In this document: piece after piece, positions 1 through 12,452 of the stretch | Layout: each line of letters begins with the position of its first letter | Position numbering within the stretch: position 1 is the first letter of the stretch | From: Felis catus | Taxonomy: Eukaryota | Direction: 5' to 3' | Length of the DNA stretch: 64,000 nucleotides | Assembly: GCF_018350175.1 (NCBI RefSeq) | Contig: NC_058368.1 | Location: 225,310,001 to 225,374,000 of the forward strand | Notes under the pieces: model-generated | What the model was told of the DNA's origin: nothing | Seen by the model: only the letters and a program-made list of their open reading frames with translations | Databases searched by the model: none | Translations under genes and position numbers: made by a program

Positions 1-165
1 AGCCCCGCATCGGGCTCTGTGCTGACGGCTCAGAGCCTGGAGCCTGTTTCCGATTCTGGGTCTCCCTCTCTCTCTGCCCCTCCCCTGCTCATGCTCTGCC
101 TCTCTCTGTCTCAAAAATAAATAAACGTTAAAAAAAAATTTTTTTTTAAATTAAAAAAAATAAAT
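1..165 (+). mobile_element. Can-SINE (SINEC, felid type), cut by window edge
   Basis: Body gagcctggagcctgtttccgattc, (CT)n tract, aaaataaataaacgtt A-tail. Confidence 0.95.
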
Positions 166-799
166 ACAACCAAGAAATATTTATATTCTAAGGTTTCATC
201 TTCCTTTTTTAGACTTAGCTTGTATTTTGACCCAGGCAAAGGGGTCTCCCATGTCCGCCAAAGGGGGCGCCTTGGGGTTCTGGCAGAGGACGTGCCACAT
301 CTTGTTGGCAGCTGCTTAGAATGTGCTCAGGGGCCTGCAAAGTGTCAACCAGAAGCCCCCGAGGCCAAAAGTGCTGAGGGTGGGAGGCGCAACCAAGAGA
401 TTTTTGAGAGCAGCTGTTCCCCATCAACCAGCTGGATGGACTCTAAGCTTTAAAAAACGGCCCAGGGAAATAGTTGGTTGGAAGGGGGTGGGCCCCATAT
501 CCCGCTGTGCAGGCCCCCCTTCTGGGATGGGACCAGCAGCAGAACCCAGCGGAGGGCAGAGAAACAGCCAACACAATCGTCCTCGGATTGGCCTAAACAC
601 ATATAACTAGCGATGTAAAAAATTTTAAATATGCCCCACAGCATCAATCTGCGTTTCATACTGTATTTCTTCAAGTTGTTATTAACTAATCATCTCAAAG
701 TTATGGATACTTTTCTAAGAGAAATTAAAGAGGAAGCTTAAACAAAGAGTTCCTGCCTTCAGAAACACACACTACAATGGAGAAACTTACAAGGTAAGG

Positions 800-1022
800 C
801 AGGAGTCTGCAAACTTTGCTTCTAAAAGGGCCAAATAGTGACCATTTCAGGTGTTGCAAGCAGGGAGGCTTCTGTTGCCACCGCAGACCCCTGCCGTGGT
901 CTTGGGACAGCAGCCATAATTTGAAAACAAACGGACATGGCTGTGTTCCAATAAAGCTTTATTTGTAAAACCACGTGGCAGGTCAGCTTTGGGGGGGGGG
1001 GGCTGCAGTTCACCCACCCCTG
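800..1022. mobile_element. MER58A-like hAT-Charlie MITE
   Basis: cagg..gcaaact / cccacccctg termini; internal aaagggccaaatag and ggctgtgttccaataaagctttattt. Confidence 0.8.
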
Positions 1023-1707
1023 CTAAATTCAAACCCCTAGGCTGTAGTAAAGTAAGTTTGAAGCTTCCTTTCGAAAATTCAAAAATTTCACATGCATTCT
1101 TTTATTTGCCTTGAAATATTATTCTGGAGCAACGAATAAATAAATGCAAGCAACAAAAAGGCGCACTGAATTTTTTTTTGTTCACACGCTGTATGCAGAG
1201 TTTCATGTGAATATTCTATATTCTCAAATCATTTATCTTTCTTTTTCACTATGATAAACTACATTCTTGAAATCCATCCGGATGTTTTTTTTCATTGACT
1301 CAAAACATTTATGACCGACACATAAGGGGATGAAAATTTGCATTTAATCCTGATTTCCATTAAAAGGGGCTTACAGTCTCTTCGGAGGTTTATTGTATTT
1401 AATCTCATTAACTTCACATTGATTGTCCCAGAAATTGAAATATAGCTTGACATATTTGCCAGTCTGGTCTGGAATTACCTCCTTGTGGGGAAGCAAAATG
1501 GGGGAAAGAAGGTGATTGCAGTCAGCCGTCCAGCAGAGAAGGGAAACAATACATTTAAATGAAAATAAAATATTTAGCATAAAAAATACTGACTTAGTGC
1601 AGGACATTTTTCTGAAAGGAACGTTTTAAAATATTATACAATAAAAAATAACTTTTCCTTCATGATATGAGATATCAGATGAACTCCAGTTAAATAAAAT
1701 AGATGTA

Positions 1708-1958
1708 GGGGTGCCTGGGTGGCTCAGTCGGTTAAGCGTCCAACTTCGGCTCAGGTCATGATCTCGTGGTTCATGAGTTCAAGCCCCACGTCGGGCTCTG
1801 TGCTGACAGCTCAGAGCCCGGAGCCTGTTTTGGATTCTATGTTTTCCTCTCTCTCTGCCCCTCACCTGCTCATGCTCTGTCTCTCTCTCTCTTTCCCAAA
1901 AATAAATAGACATTTAAAAACAAGTAAAAAATAAAATAATAAAATAAAATAAAATAAA
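1708..1958 (+). mobile_element. Can-SINE (SINEC)
   Basis: ggggtgcctgggtggctcagtcggttaagcg head, CT tract, (TAAAA)n tail. Confidence 0.95.
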
Positions 1959-2940
1959 AGACAGATCCACTTTCACTTATCTGAGAATCACTCCTAGAGA
2001 CTACAGTTTGCCATTTTGAGCCTGAGTTTAATTCTTAATTTATAATTAAATGTTGAGAACTGTTCAAAGTCTAGTTTAACTCTACCATGCAGCAACGTGT
2101 TGAGGTTCTGTCTTTTTAAATCATCCTTCACATTTAGAGCTGGAGGGAACCAAGTTGTCCAAGGATGTACAGTCAATGCCACGTCCTGCATCCAGGATGG
2201 ACATCACTTATAAGTCAATATCAATCAATCACAGAATTGTTTCCAGGGCCAAAACATTATTTGTAGTACTATACCCAGATACTACTGCCAATTAGATCTC
2301 ACCCCAAGGCTGACATGTAACTTTCACTTCCAAGATAGTCCAATCCTGATTTTACAAATTTGGAGACCATAAGGTTAACAAATCTTCCCACGTTCTAAAC
2401 AGGATTCTCTTCAATGTAACGCCCTTTCTGCTTCTGTTTTACGAATCCCCTATCACCCAGGGACCAGGGCGGGGTGGGCGTTGCCATGATGACAATATGA
2501 ATTCATACGCAAATTAATCATATTTATCAAGCACCTACGAAATAAACTATCCTTCGTGCTGGGAATTCAGCCATAAACAAGGCAGACAAGGTTCTCCTGG
2601 GCACCAGAGATAGAAACCAAACTTTTGAGAGCGTTACTGTGATGGGAAGCAGAGAAACGCAGCCTTAGCAGGAGAGAATTGGGGCTGAGAAAAGCCTTCT
2701 CTTGGAAGCCATTGAACTTGGGTATATATACAGAAGGAGACATACAAGGGGAAGGCAGACTTTGAGAATGTAGGAGAAAGAGGGGGTAATGATAGATGCC
2801 AAGTCCCTGAGTCCTTGAGAAGCAAGGAAGACCTGACCTTTATAGCAGCAGGGATGCGTGGCTCACAGATAACATATAGGAAAGATGAGCTTTATACGTA
2901 GGTAGGATTTTCCATTAACTCGTAATAATGGTTGACCACA

Positions 2941-3164
2941 GGGGCGCCTGGGTGGCTCTATCAATTAAGCATCTGACTCTTGATCTCAGCTCAGGTCATG
3001 ATCTCATCGTTTGTGAGTTCGAGCCCTGCTTGGGATTCTCTCTTTCTCTCTCAAAATTAAAAAAAAAGAAAAAGAAAAGAAAAAGGAAAAAAAAACCACC
3101 ACCACCAACAGCAACAAAAAAATACATTTTAAAAAAAGGCATCTAAAAATGAATAAATAAATAA
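2941..3164 (+). mobile_element. Can-SINE, internally deleted
   Basis: ggggcgcctgggtggctc head; TSD ggttgaccac on both sides. Confidence 0.9.
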
Positions 3165-3979
3165 AGGTTGACCACGTTTCCAAAGTTTAACTTATATACA
3201 ATCCTTTGTATATAAGGATTATATGTACAATCCGTCTGCTCTAACACATAAAGTCCGGGAGGGCGGGGGTTCTTTTGCATCTCGTTCGCTGTTGTAAGCT
3301 CAGTACCCAGAACAGGGTTTGGTACACGTTAGGGGCTCAAAAATACTTACTAAGGGAAAAGGACTGCAGAGGGCTGGTGCTGCCGAGCCTGGTTTTCCAA
3401 ATGACCACAAGGTGGCAGGCTCGTTCAAGAAAACAGTGTCACCTAGCTGGCTAACTTTTAGAGCAAAATAAAGGCTAACACCAGAGAAGTGGTGACTTTT
3501 TGAAGAACTTTCTACTAAACTGGAAAACAAATTATAGTGCTGGGATGTGTATGTACTAACTTCTCTTGTGACAGACAAGACTCGATGCAACCATAAGAAA
3601 GGAAATAAAATGCAAAGATTGGTTAAGTACCCAAGAGTCTAAGACATGCTTCTGATGGGGTGAAATTATTTCCCCTTCAAACAATAACACTTACTGCCTC
3701 TCCGCTATTTCTTGCCTTTGGCAAGTCTGAGTCACACAATGAAAGTAAAACACTAGAGGATCCCCAAGGTGAACCAGAAGACTCTTTGAGACCACCTAAG
3801 CTGTCTGAAATCTGAATTTTGGAACCTGAATATTTGTGCAAATAACATTAGAGCGGCCCTTATGGAAAGAAATCTCTTGGTGTTACTCTTTGTGGTAATA
3901 TCTTAACATTCTATTTTTCTTTCCCAACTACCCCCTGGAATGATATCATTCAAGTAAAATTTAATTCTTTTTCTGTTTA

Positions 3980-4235
3980 TTTATTTATTTATTTTTTTAG
4001 AAACAACATCTTTTTTTTTTTATTTTTCTCAATGTTTATTTATTTTTGAGAGGTAGAGAGAGACAGAGCATGAGCAGGGGAGGGGCAGAGAGAGAGGGAG
4101 ACACAGAATCCGAACCAGGCTCCAGGCTCCGAGATGTCACCACAGAGCCCGACGTAGGGCTCGAACTCACGAATGGTGAGATCATGACCTGAGCTGAAGT
4201 CGGATGCTTAAGCGACTGAGCCACCCAGGTGCCCC
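3980..4235 (-). mobile_element. Can-SINE (SINEC)
   Basis: Reverse-complement head gagccacccaggtgcccc, (GA)n tract, T-rich tail. Confidence 0.95.
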
Positions 4236-4342
4236 CTTTCTCTGTTTAAAAAGTGGGATACGGGGTTCGATTCTGACATGTCTGCACAATTAAATCCTTG
4301 ACATTGTGGGGGTTTTTCCGGTTTTGCTGATTTTGTTTTGTC

Positions 4343-4775
4343 TGTAGTAGATGGTATTATTCAAAATAGTTGCTGGCCTCCCTGGTAAAGGATTGCATTT
4401 CCTCACCCACTGATATCAGACAAGCCACATGATTTGAGATACCCCTCCATGAAATACAGTAAAATCTCCCTGACTCATGAAGGCCAGGCGTAATCACGTT
4501 TCTTGCTTTGGCCCCTGAATTGAGGAGAGAAGTAACAAGCATTGCTCCTAACCAGAAGTTTTCAGAACCAGCTCACGGTTCACCATCTCTCCTGCCCCTT
4601 CACCTGAGACCACCCACTTTTCACCCAACTGCTGCTGCACCGTTTGGACCCCTGTTGTGCAGCCTCATCATGGACCTGCTGTGTGGGTGAGGAATAAATG
4701 TGTGTTGTCATAGGTCGTTGAGATCTGGCTGTTTTCCCCTGCGGCACAACTTATATAGCCTTAGTTGACTGACAC
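4343..4775 (+). mobile_element. Old MaLR (MLT1-type) solo LTR remnant
   Basis: tgtagtagatgg start; aataaatgtgtgttgtc...gagatctggctg...gactgacac 3' end typical of old MLT1. Confidence 0.5.
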
Positions 4776-5305
4776 GGTATCTTATATGGAGGTTGTAAGA
4801 ATAAGTGAACTAATACTTCTGTAATACTTAGTCCCATGGATGGCATATGTTAAGCAATAGAAAATATTAAGTTATTAATATAATTGATCTTCATTCATTC
4901 ATTCATTTTACCTGCCAGGTTCACGATAAAACACATTCGGGCTTCATCTAATTTGCATTATAAGATGTTGGCATCATTGAGATGAGATTCAGAGTCCAGC
5001 AGAGAAGCTAAGATCTCTCCTACATGGAAAGCAATGGAACGTATGGATGATTAAGTGCCATGCATGGGATGGCATCCAAACTCAAGAATATTTATTGAAC
5101 AATTAGTGTTAATTTCCCTGACACCCTGCTCTGTCTTTTAGCCTCTATTACACCACAGGTACACATTTCCTCGACTGCTAAATACAACCTATGAAAGAAA
5201 TTACTTAACCTAAAATATTCTAATTTTTGAGTTCCATCCCATTAAATAACTTTGGGCTCTCCACTTATGATACTGAGCTCCTGGCGTCAAGGGAAGAAAA
5301 GTGCT

Positions 5306-5523
5306 GGGGTGCCTGGGTGGCTCAATCCGACTTCAACTTAGGTCACAACCTCACAACTTCGTGAGTTTGAGCTCTCCACAGGGCTCTCACTGCTGTCAGC
5401 GTAGAGCCCACTTCAGATCCTCTGTCCCTCTGTCTGTTTACCCCTTCCCCCACTTGCGCTCTCTTTCTCAAAAGTAAAACAAAAACAAAAACAAAACAAA
5501 AAAAATCATTAAAAAAAAAAAAA
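5306..5523 (+). mobile_element. Can-SINE, diverged
   Basis: ggggtgcctgggtggctca head, A-rich tail. Confidence 0.9.
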
Positions 5524-5873
5524 ATGGAAACTGCACACTTCCCCACATGTCTTGGGTCAGAGTAACAAAGCAAAGCCTCTTTAGTGCCAAATTAAGGTTA
5601 TTTTTATATCCCCTTTATATCTTCTGAAAGAATACATTCTCATATCCCAAATAATGCGAACTTCCGTTCATAATGGTGACAACTTAGCGGTCTTAATACA
5701 GTTTGGAATGGTTGCCAGGTAACAGCCAACTTCCTGAGTGATGTAGCTTCTGATCTGTAGTTCCTGCCGAGTCTCTCAACCCAGATCAAGCATCACAGAC
5801 CCCACTCCATCAGACAATTCACAGCAAGACTTCTATTATTGGTCTCTTTAATTGAAAAGAAAATGGTTTAAAA

Positions 5874-6048
5874 TTTGTTTTTATTGTTTATTTGTTTTTG
5901 AGAGAGAGAGGGAGACACAGAATCCGAAGCAGGCTCCAGGCTCTGAGCTGTCAGCACAGAGCCCAGCGTGGGGCTCAAACTCATGAACCATGAGATCATG
6001 ACCTGAGCCTACGTCAGACACTTAACCGACTGAGCACCCAGGTGCCCC
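5874..6048 (-). mobile_element. Can-SINE
   Basis: Reverse-complement head; TSD-like aaaatggttt flanks. Confidence 0.9.
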
Positions 6049-7554
6049 AAAAACAAAAATGGTTTTAAACTGTTAATTCTTTCATGGGAAGTTTAAAAGC
6101 CAGTTTTCCCTATAGAACCTTCAAAACTCCAACACTTGGAGGTGGGATCTTCTCAAAACTGAGGACAGGGTGGGAGATTGGTTTAACATTCTTATGTAGA
6201 TGAATGTACTCCCAGATTCCCTCCCAATCATGCAATAGAGGCAGCTACCTCTATGCTTCCTGGTCCCTCCTCCCCCTTAACTAGAAATGTGCCCTAAAGA
6301 AACTGATTTCAAGAGGTGCCAGTGTAGTTGCTACTGATAAGTACAGAGAGAGGGTGAGGGGCAGGCCTGAAAATAGAGGAATTATTACTGAAAGCTGGCC
6401 TTCAATAGAGATGATAGATGGCCTTCGGGTGGTAGATTACCCAGCCCCTTTCCAAGACCCTCATGACCAAAGGTCACAGCCAGGAAAATCCTGCCCCCCA
6501 AATAAGAGATTGGCAACTTCTATGGGGAGCAGTGTCCCTAATGAAAAGTCAGTGGGCCCCTGGCCAAACTTTTGGTTTGACACCTATTATAAAGCCCACT
6601 TTTCCACAGTTCTGTCCATATACACACAGCTTGCAAATCACTATTTGGTCTTAGTGATAAAAGGATAACCAAGGATAATCAGGTATTGAAGAAAACTTGC
6701 AACATGATTTGGAGACTGGTAGGAAGGACTCCAGAGAACATAGAGATGATGCGGGAAGAGATATGTGCGTGTGCTGCATGTACACTCAGAGCTATCAGGG
6801 AAGAAAGTTTAGTCATAAAATAAGAACAGAAAGGTAGATATGAAACAAGCATCAAAAAGCAAGAGAGATTTCTTGGGAATTCAAAATACGATAACCAAGA
6901 TATAATTTCAACAGGTTAAAATATAACGGGAAAAATTCTAGAAAGTAAAATAAAAATGTCAAGAAATAGAAAATAGGAAAGAAAAGGAAAGACAGAGTTT
7001 CAAAATAAGAAGTCCAACATTTCTGAAATTCCAGAAACAAATCAGAAAGGAAGAAATTATCAGAGACATTATACAACACTTTCCCCAGAACTGAGGATCA
7101 CAAGCCTCCAAATTAAAAGGGTACACTGAATTCCTAGCAGAGTGAATGATAAGATCACAACAAACACACCATCTTGAAAACAGGAACCCCGGAGATAAAG
7201 TGAAGATGCTAGGACCTTCCAGAGGGGAAACCAACAAATGGAATCAGGAATCAGAATGAAAATCCTAGAAGTAAAAGGATAAAACTTTCAAAGTTCTAAA
7301 GGAAAATTATTGTCAATCTATGATTTCATACCCAGCCAATCTATCCACCAAAGTAAGGGTACAATAAAAATTTTCACACTTTTTTTATGATGCAAATTTT
7401 TATTACTTTATTTATTTTTAATAGATAATCTGTATAATATGATACATTTAAAATATATAAAAAATGGTACAGTGAGAAGTCATTCTGCTTCCAACCTGTA
7501 CACTTCAGTGCTCTAGCCCCTGCAACCACTAGAGGTAACCACTATTCTGTGTGT

Positions 7555-7666
7555 GTTTTTAAAAGATTTTATTTTTAAGAAATCTCTACGCCCAACGTGG
7601 GACTCGAACCTACAACCCCCAGATCAAGAGTTGCATGCTATACCAACTGAGTCAGCCAGGGGTCCC
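7555..7666 (-). mobile_element. Short Can-SINE lacking the CT tract
   Basis: gggactcgaacc B-box, cagccaggggtcccc head, TSD ttctgtgtgt. Confidence 0.8.
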
Positions 7667-7680
7667 CTTCTTCTGTGTGT

Positions 7681-8047
7681 TTTTTTTCTTTAATTTTATT
7701 TTTTAATTTGTATCCAAATTAGCATATAGTGCAACAATGATTTCAGGAGTAGAGTCCTTAATGCCCCCGACCCATTTAGCCCATCCCCCTTCCCACAACC
7801 CCTCTAGTAACCCTCTGTTTCTTCTCCATATTTAAGAGTCTCTTATGTTTTGTCCCCCTCCCTGTTTTCATATTACTTTTGCTTCCCTTCCCTTGTGTTC
7901 ATCTCTTCTGTGTCTTAAAGTCCTCATATGAGTGAAGTCATATGATATTTGTCTTTGACTAATTTCACTTAGCATAACACCCTCCAGTTCCATCCACATA
8001 GTTGCAAATGGCAAGATTTCATTCTTTTTGACTGCTGAGTAATACTC

Positions 8048-8091
<44 letters not shown>

Positions 8092-9092
8092 CACATCTTC
8101 TTTATCCATTCATCCATCGATGGACATTTGGGCTCTTTCCATACTTTGGCTGTTGTTGATAGTGCTGCTATAAACATGGGGGTGCATGTGTCCCTTTGAA
8201 ACAGCACACCTGTATCCCTTGGATAAATACCTAGTAATGCAATTGCTGGGTCATAGGGTAGTTCTATTTTTAATTTTTTGAGGAACCTCCACACTGTTTT
8301 CCAGAGTGGCTGCACCAGCTAGGATTTCCACCAGCAATGCAAAAGAGATCCTCTTTCTCCACATCCTCACCAACATCTGTTGTTGCCTGAGTTGTTAATG
8401 TTAGCCATTCTGACAGGTGTGAGGGGTATCTCATTGTGGCTTTGATTTGTATTTCCCTGATGATGAGTGATGTTGAGCATTTTTTCATGTGTTGGTTGAC
8501 CATCTGGATGTCTTCTTTGGAGAAGTGTGTATTCATGTCTTTTGCCCATTTCTTCACTGGATTATTTGTTTTTTGGGTGTTGAGTTTGATAAGTGCTTTA
8601 TAGATTTTGGATACTAACCCTTTATCTGTTATGTTGTTTGCAAATATCTTCTCCCATTCTGTCGATTGCCTTTTAATTTTGCTGATTGTTTCCTTTGCTG
8701 TGCAGAAGGTTTTTATTTTGATGAGGTCCCAATAGTTCATTTTTGCTTTTGTTTTCCTTGCCTCTGGACACGTATTGAGTAAGAAGTTGCTGAGGCCAAG
8801 ATCAAAGAGCTTTTTGCTTGCTTTCTCCTCGAGGATTTTGATGGCTTCCTGTCTTACATTTAGGTCTTTAATCCATTTTGAGTTTATTTTTGTGTCTGGT
8901 ATAAGAAAGTGGTCCAGGTTCATTCTTCTGCATGTCGCTGTCCAGTTTTCCCAGCACCACTTGCTGAAGAGATTGTCTTTATTCCATTGGATATTCTTTC
9001 CTGCTTTGTCAAAGATTAGTTGGTCATACATTTGTGGGTCTATTTCTGGGTATCTATTCTGTTCTATTGATCTGAGTGTCTGTTTCTGTGCC
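7681..9092 (-). mobile_element. 5'-truncated carnivore/felid L1 (ORF2 3' part and 3' UTR)
   Basis: ORF-track peptides match L1 ORF2p ([54 protein letters not shown]); 3' UTR and poly(A). Confidence 0.97.
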
Positions 9093-9094
9093 AA
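7868..9094 (-). pseudogene. Frameshifted L1 ORF2p C-terminal remnant
   Basis: Homology is split over ORFs 8270-9094, 8091-8315 and 7868-8050 in different frames. Confidence 0.9.
8053..8089. repeat. (TG)n microsatellite inside L1
   Basis: About 18 TG units. Confidence 0.95.
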
Positions 9095-9765
9095 AAATTT
9101 TCAGACTTTTAAGGACCCCTTCAGAATGAGAGTTAAAACTCTCATTCTGGAGTGGGACATGGAATCCAAAAAGGAGGGTGTCTAACACAAGACAGTGTCA
9201 AAGGGAAGTCACAGAATAACAGCACTGCTGGATTCAGATATCCACTGACCCAGATTAGAGCAAGTAAACAAAATCTTTGGGAGGAAAGTCTCCCAGCAAA
9301 ACTCGAATGGAAAGATTATAAGATACATTTGAGAATTTGGAAGACAATACTGACAGACACTTGGTTGTGATGTGAGAGCATTTGGAAATAAAACAAGTAT
9401 AGTTTCAGAGACAATAAAACAAATGAGAAAATGTGGCAACTTCAGGAAAAACAAGTTTGTGAAAAGAAATGAACTCATCTACTTAGTTGGCTCAGTGATA
9501 AACTATATTTAGATGGTCATACTAATGTAAATGATGGCTAACAACAAATTGTGACATATTAGGAAAACACAAAGATGAAGAGGGCGAGGGGAAGATAGGA
9601 GAAGAGCTATCAGAACGCCCTATTATATCCCAGAGCAGGAATTTACTAGATAATGTCTATAAGTGACAACTCAAGAACTGGAGAAAGACCAATAAAATTT
9701 GGAGAAAATTTCCACAAGAACCAACTAATAATTGAAAAGGAATGTCTGTAAACAAAATGAAAATA

Positions 9766-9990
9766 GGGGTGCCTGGGTGGCTCCGTCGGTTAAGCGTCCG
9801 ACTTCAGCTCAGGTCATGATCTTACGGTCGGTGAGTTCGAGCCCCGCATCAGGCTCTGCGCTGACAGCTCAGAGCCTGGAGCCTGCTTCACATTCTGTGT
9901 CTCCCTCTCTCTCTGACCCTCTCCCATTCATGCTGTGTCTCTCTCTGTCTCAAAAATAAATAAACATCTAAAAAAAAAAGAAAAAAAAAG
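9766..9990 (+). mobile_element. Can-SINE
   Basis: Full head and body; TSD aaaatgaaaata. Confidence 0.95.
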
Positions 9991-10719
9991 AAAATGAAAA
10001 TAAAGATGGGAAGGAGTGAGTGGGAGAATGGTGTATTTCACACTAAGTCTTTTTGTACTGATAGCATTTTAAATTATGTGCACTTACTTTTTCAATTAAA
10101 AAAAGAAAGACTGATACAACACAGGTTCATCTTCAAGGAATTACCAATCCAGAGGCAGCAATAAGACCCAAGCATATAAAAATAAAACAATAATAGTGAG
10201 CATTTCAATAATAAAGTCAATGATAGACGATACCCTCAACAAGGCAATTTGTCTAATTGCCAAAAAACGATTTCTGGAGTCAGAGACAGGAATACTCACT
10301 GAAGCCTTGATATCGGAAGGGCAGACATTGTAGAAAGGTGAGGTCCATCCTAGTTTTCTTGGAAAAGTAGAATTGTCTACTTGAACATGGGGAGGGCAGT
10401 CCAAGGACTCGTGAGAGGTAAAAAGTATGTGTGCTCATAGAGAATAGTGAACACTCTGTTGAGACCAAAGCCTGAGTGCATATACCCAGTTCGGGTCCCC
10501 TAGGAGCCATCCAACCATGAGACCAGGAAAGGCCAATGGAGACCAGGCTCTGGAGGGCATAGGAAAGCTGGCTAAAATATTTGGACTTTCTCTAAAGACA
10601 CTGGTCCCCCATGGGATACACATCCACTCTGAAGGAGCACAAAATGAGAGGCGACAGAACACGTGAAGTCTTCTCTTTGGTCAGTATGAACTATGCGAGT
10701 TGACACTGATGTTCTCTCT

Positions 10720-10975
10720 CAGCCCGGATGCGTGTCAGATGGCCCGTGAGCGTGTCAGTTTATCCCAAAGTGATGCGGGTGACAGAGGGGGGGGTTCCTC
10801 CCCATTGCTTCGCTGTCTGTTTGTTGTGTTTTGCAGCACAGATGGCTCGTGTTTTTGAACTTAATTAACCCTCAATAAAAGGACAAGTAGCTTAACAAGA
10901 TTCCTGGAAAGAAACGGCATGTTGAACGCCGTATTGATAAAGCAACACACACAAGCAGCCGACCCTGACAGCAGA
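10720..10975. promoter_or_regulatory. Candidate enhancer-like element
   Basis: Unique sequence with 4 TGACAG/CTGACA sites, 2 CAGATG, GATA sites, TTAATTAA, TTCCTGGAA and CCGGATG. Confidence 0.3.
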
Positions 10976-11899
10976 CACACCCACCCTTGAGCCATACAGT
11001 AAAAGCAACAATAATCCAGTCGCCTGTGACAATAAGCTGGACAAAAGGTTTTAAACGACCTGGAAGATGTATTGTCTCAAGGGTTTGTACTCACTAGTAT
11101 TAAAGAGGAACCTCGCCCTAAATGCAAAACATGCCTCTAGACGGCAGCTAGTGGCAGAATTCAGCACCGGGATTAGCAAGATATCTAAATATACTTTCTA
11201 TTGCAGCTTCAACTCATCTTTTAAAAGTTTCTATGGTTGCGTATTTTGTCCCATAGATATGGTTAGCCTGATAATATTTGCATGTTATTTATATGGCATG
11301 TTTATCCCCACCCCACCCCCCCGCCCTGATTGTGTGTAAGATCCAAAGGGCTCGGAGCCCGCTGCTACGGATGATGGGACATTCATAAGGATTCGGGACC
11401 CTAGGATGCTGTGCTCAAAATTCTGCTGGAGGGAAAACAGTCATATGGGAAGGGATTCCATAAATATTTAGGAAACCGCAGGCATAAAGCAAGAGGGAGC
11501 TAACTGAGAATAATCTACTAACCCTTGAACTGAAATGATGGAATAAACTTGAGAGATACTGCAAAGGGTCAAGAAAAGAGACGGGCTGGTTTCATAAGAG
11601 AGGCCATTTGTCATTACGCCGGCTGCTAAATATAGCCATCAACAGCATAAGGCACAAGAATTAATGCTAACTTTCCGAGTATATTGTCCCTTGTTCTTCC
11701 TTAGATGAATACATACAATTCTGCTCAAAACCTATTTTCCGGGTCACACAGGGTTATGACCCTAGGAACACTTGCTTTGTGCTCTTACCCTGAGGGAATA
11801 ATTTAAGGTTATTAACTTATTAATAACCTCCCTACTTAGTCCCTCCCTATTTTTAAGGTGCTTTCCCACTAATTAGATGTTTAAAGCATAAACACATGG

Positions 11900-12115
11900 A
11901 CAATAATTAACACTTTCAAGGTGCTCAAAATGCTCCTGGTGTTGTTCTAAGAAATTGACACATATTCCCTCACTTCACGCTCATCAAAAATTGGTACGAC
12001 TATTAGACCCATTTCACAGATGGGGAGATCGAGGCCCAGAGAAGATATATAACTTTCTCACAATTAATTGCTAAAGCTGGCTTCCAACCCAGGGAGTCTA
12101 GCTCCAAACCCCATA
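11900..12115 (-). mobile_element. MIR SINE
   Basis: cccatttcacagatggggagatcgaggcccagaga MIR core. Confidence 0.75.
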
Positions 12116-12452
12116 TTAGCTGCTACTAGAGTATAATTAGTGTAATTGCTCTAAAACACCTTCACATGATTCATATTTTCTTTTCAGATGTCCAACCATT
12201 CAGTTCTGCTTTTGCTCCCGAACTAATTTATTTTCTGTTTACTAGTCAAGAAATAGATGCCTCCAATTCTAGACACAACCCATAAATTGACAAGTAAAAT
12301 GCAGTGATTAGAATACACAAAATGCCTGGGATCCATGACCTAAGAGGGGTAGTAAAACATTGACAGTTAGGAAATTACATTAAATGTAGGAATAATGGCT
12401 GGCTAGCACCATACAGGAAATGCGTCAAGTATATTCTTAGAATATTGGAGGC

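Larger units (their letters stand above)
6560..10105 (+). mobile_element. Ancient HAL1 / L1 ORF1-type remnant, interrupted by a young L1 and SINEs
   Basis: A-rich degenerate ORF1-like sequence (aagtccaacat, ttccccagaactg, atacccagccaa) that resumes after the L1 TSD at 9110 with HAL1-like 3' sequence; boundaries approximate. Confidence 0.6.

Noticed and set aside
1719..1934. Recurring MAQSVKRPTSAQVMIS... peptide family in the ORF track
   Set aside because: Translations of Can-SINE bodies, not a gene family.
7555..7666. tRNA gene
   Set aside because: The A/B boxes belong to a tRNA-derived SINE with an A-rich tail and TSD; no intact cloverleaf is evident.
8270..9094. 274-aa ORF as a host gene (also 55705-56334 and 25717-26157)
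   Set aside because: These are C-terminal fragments of L1 ORF2p in 5'-truncated, frameshifted elements.
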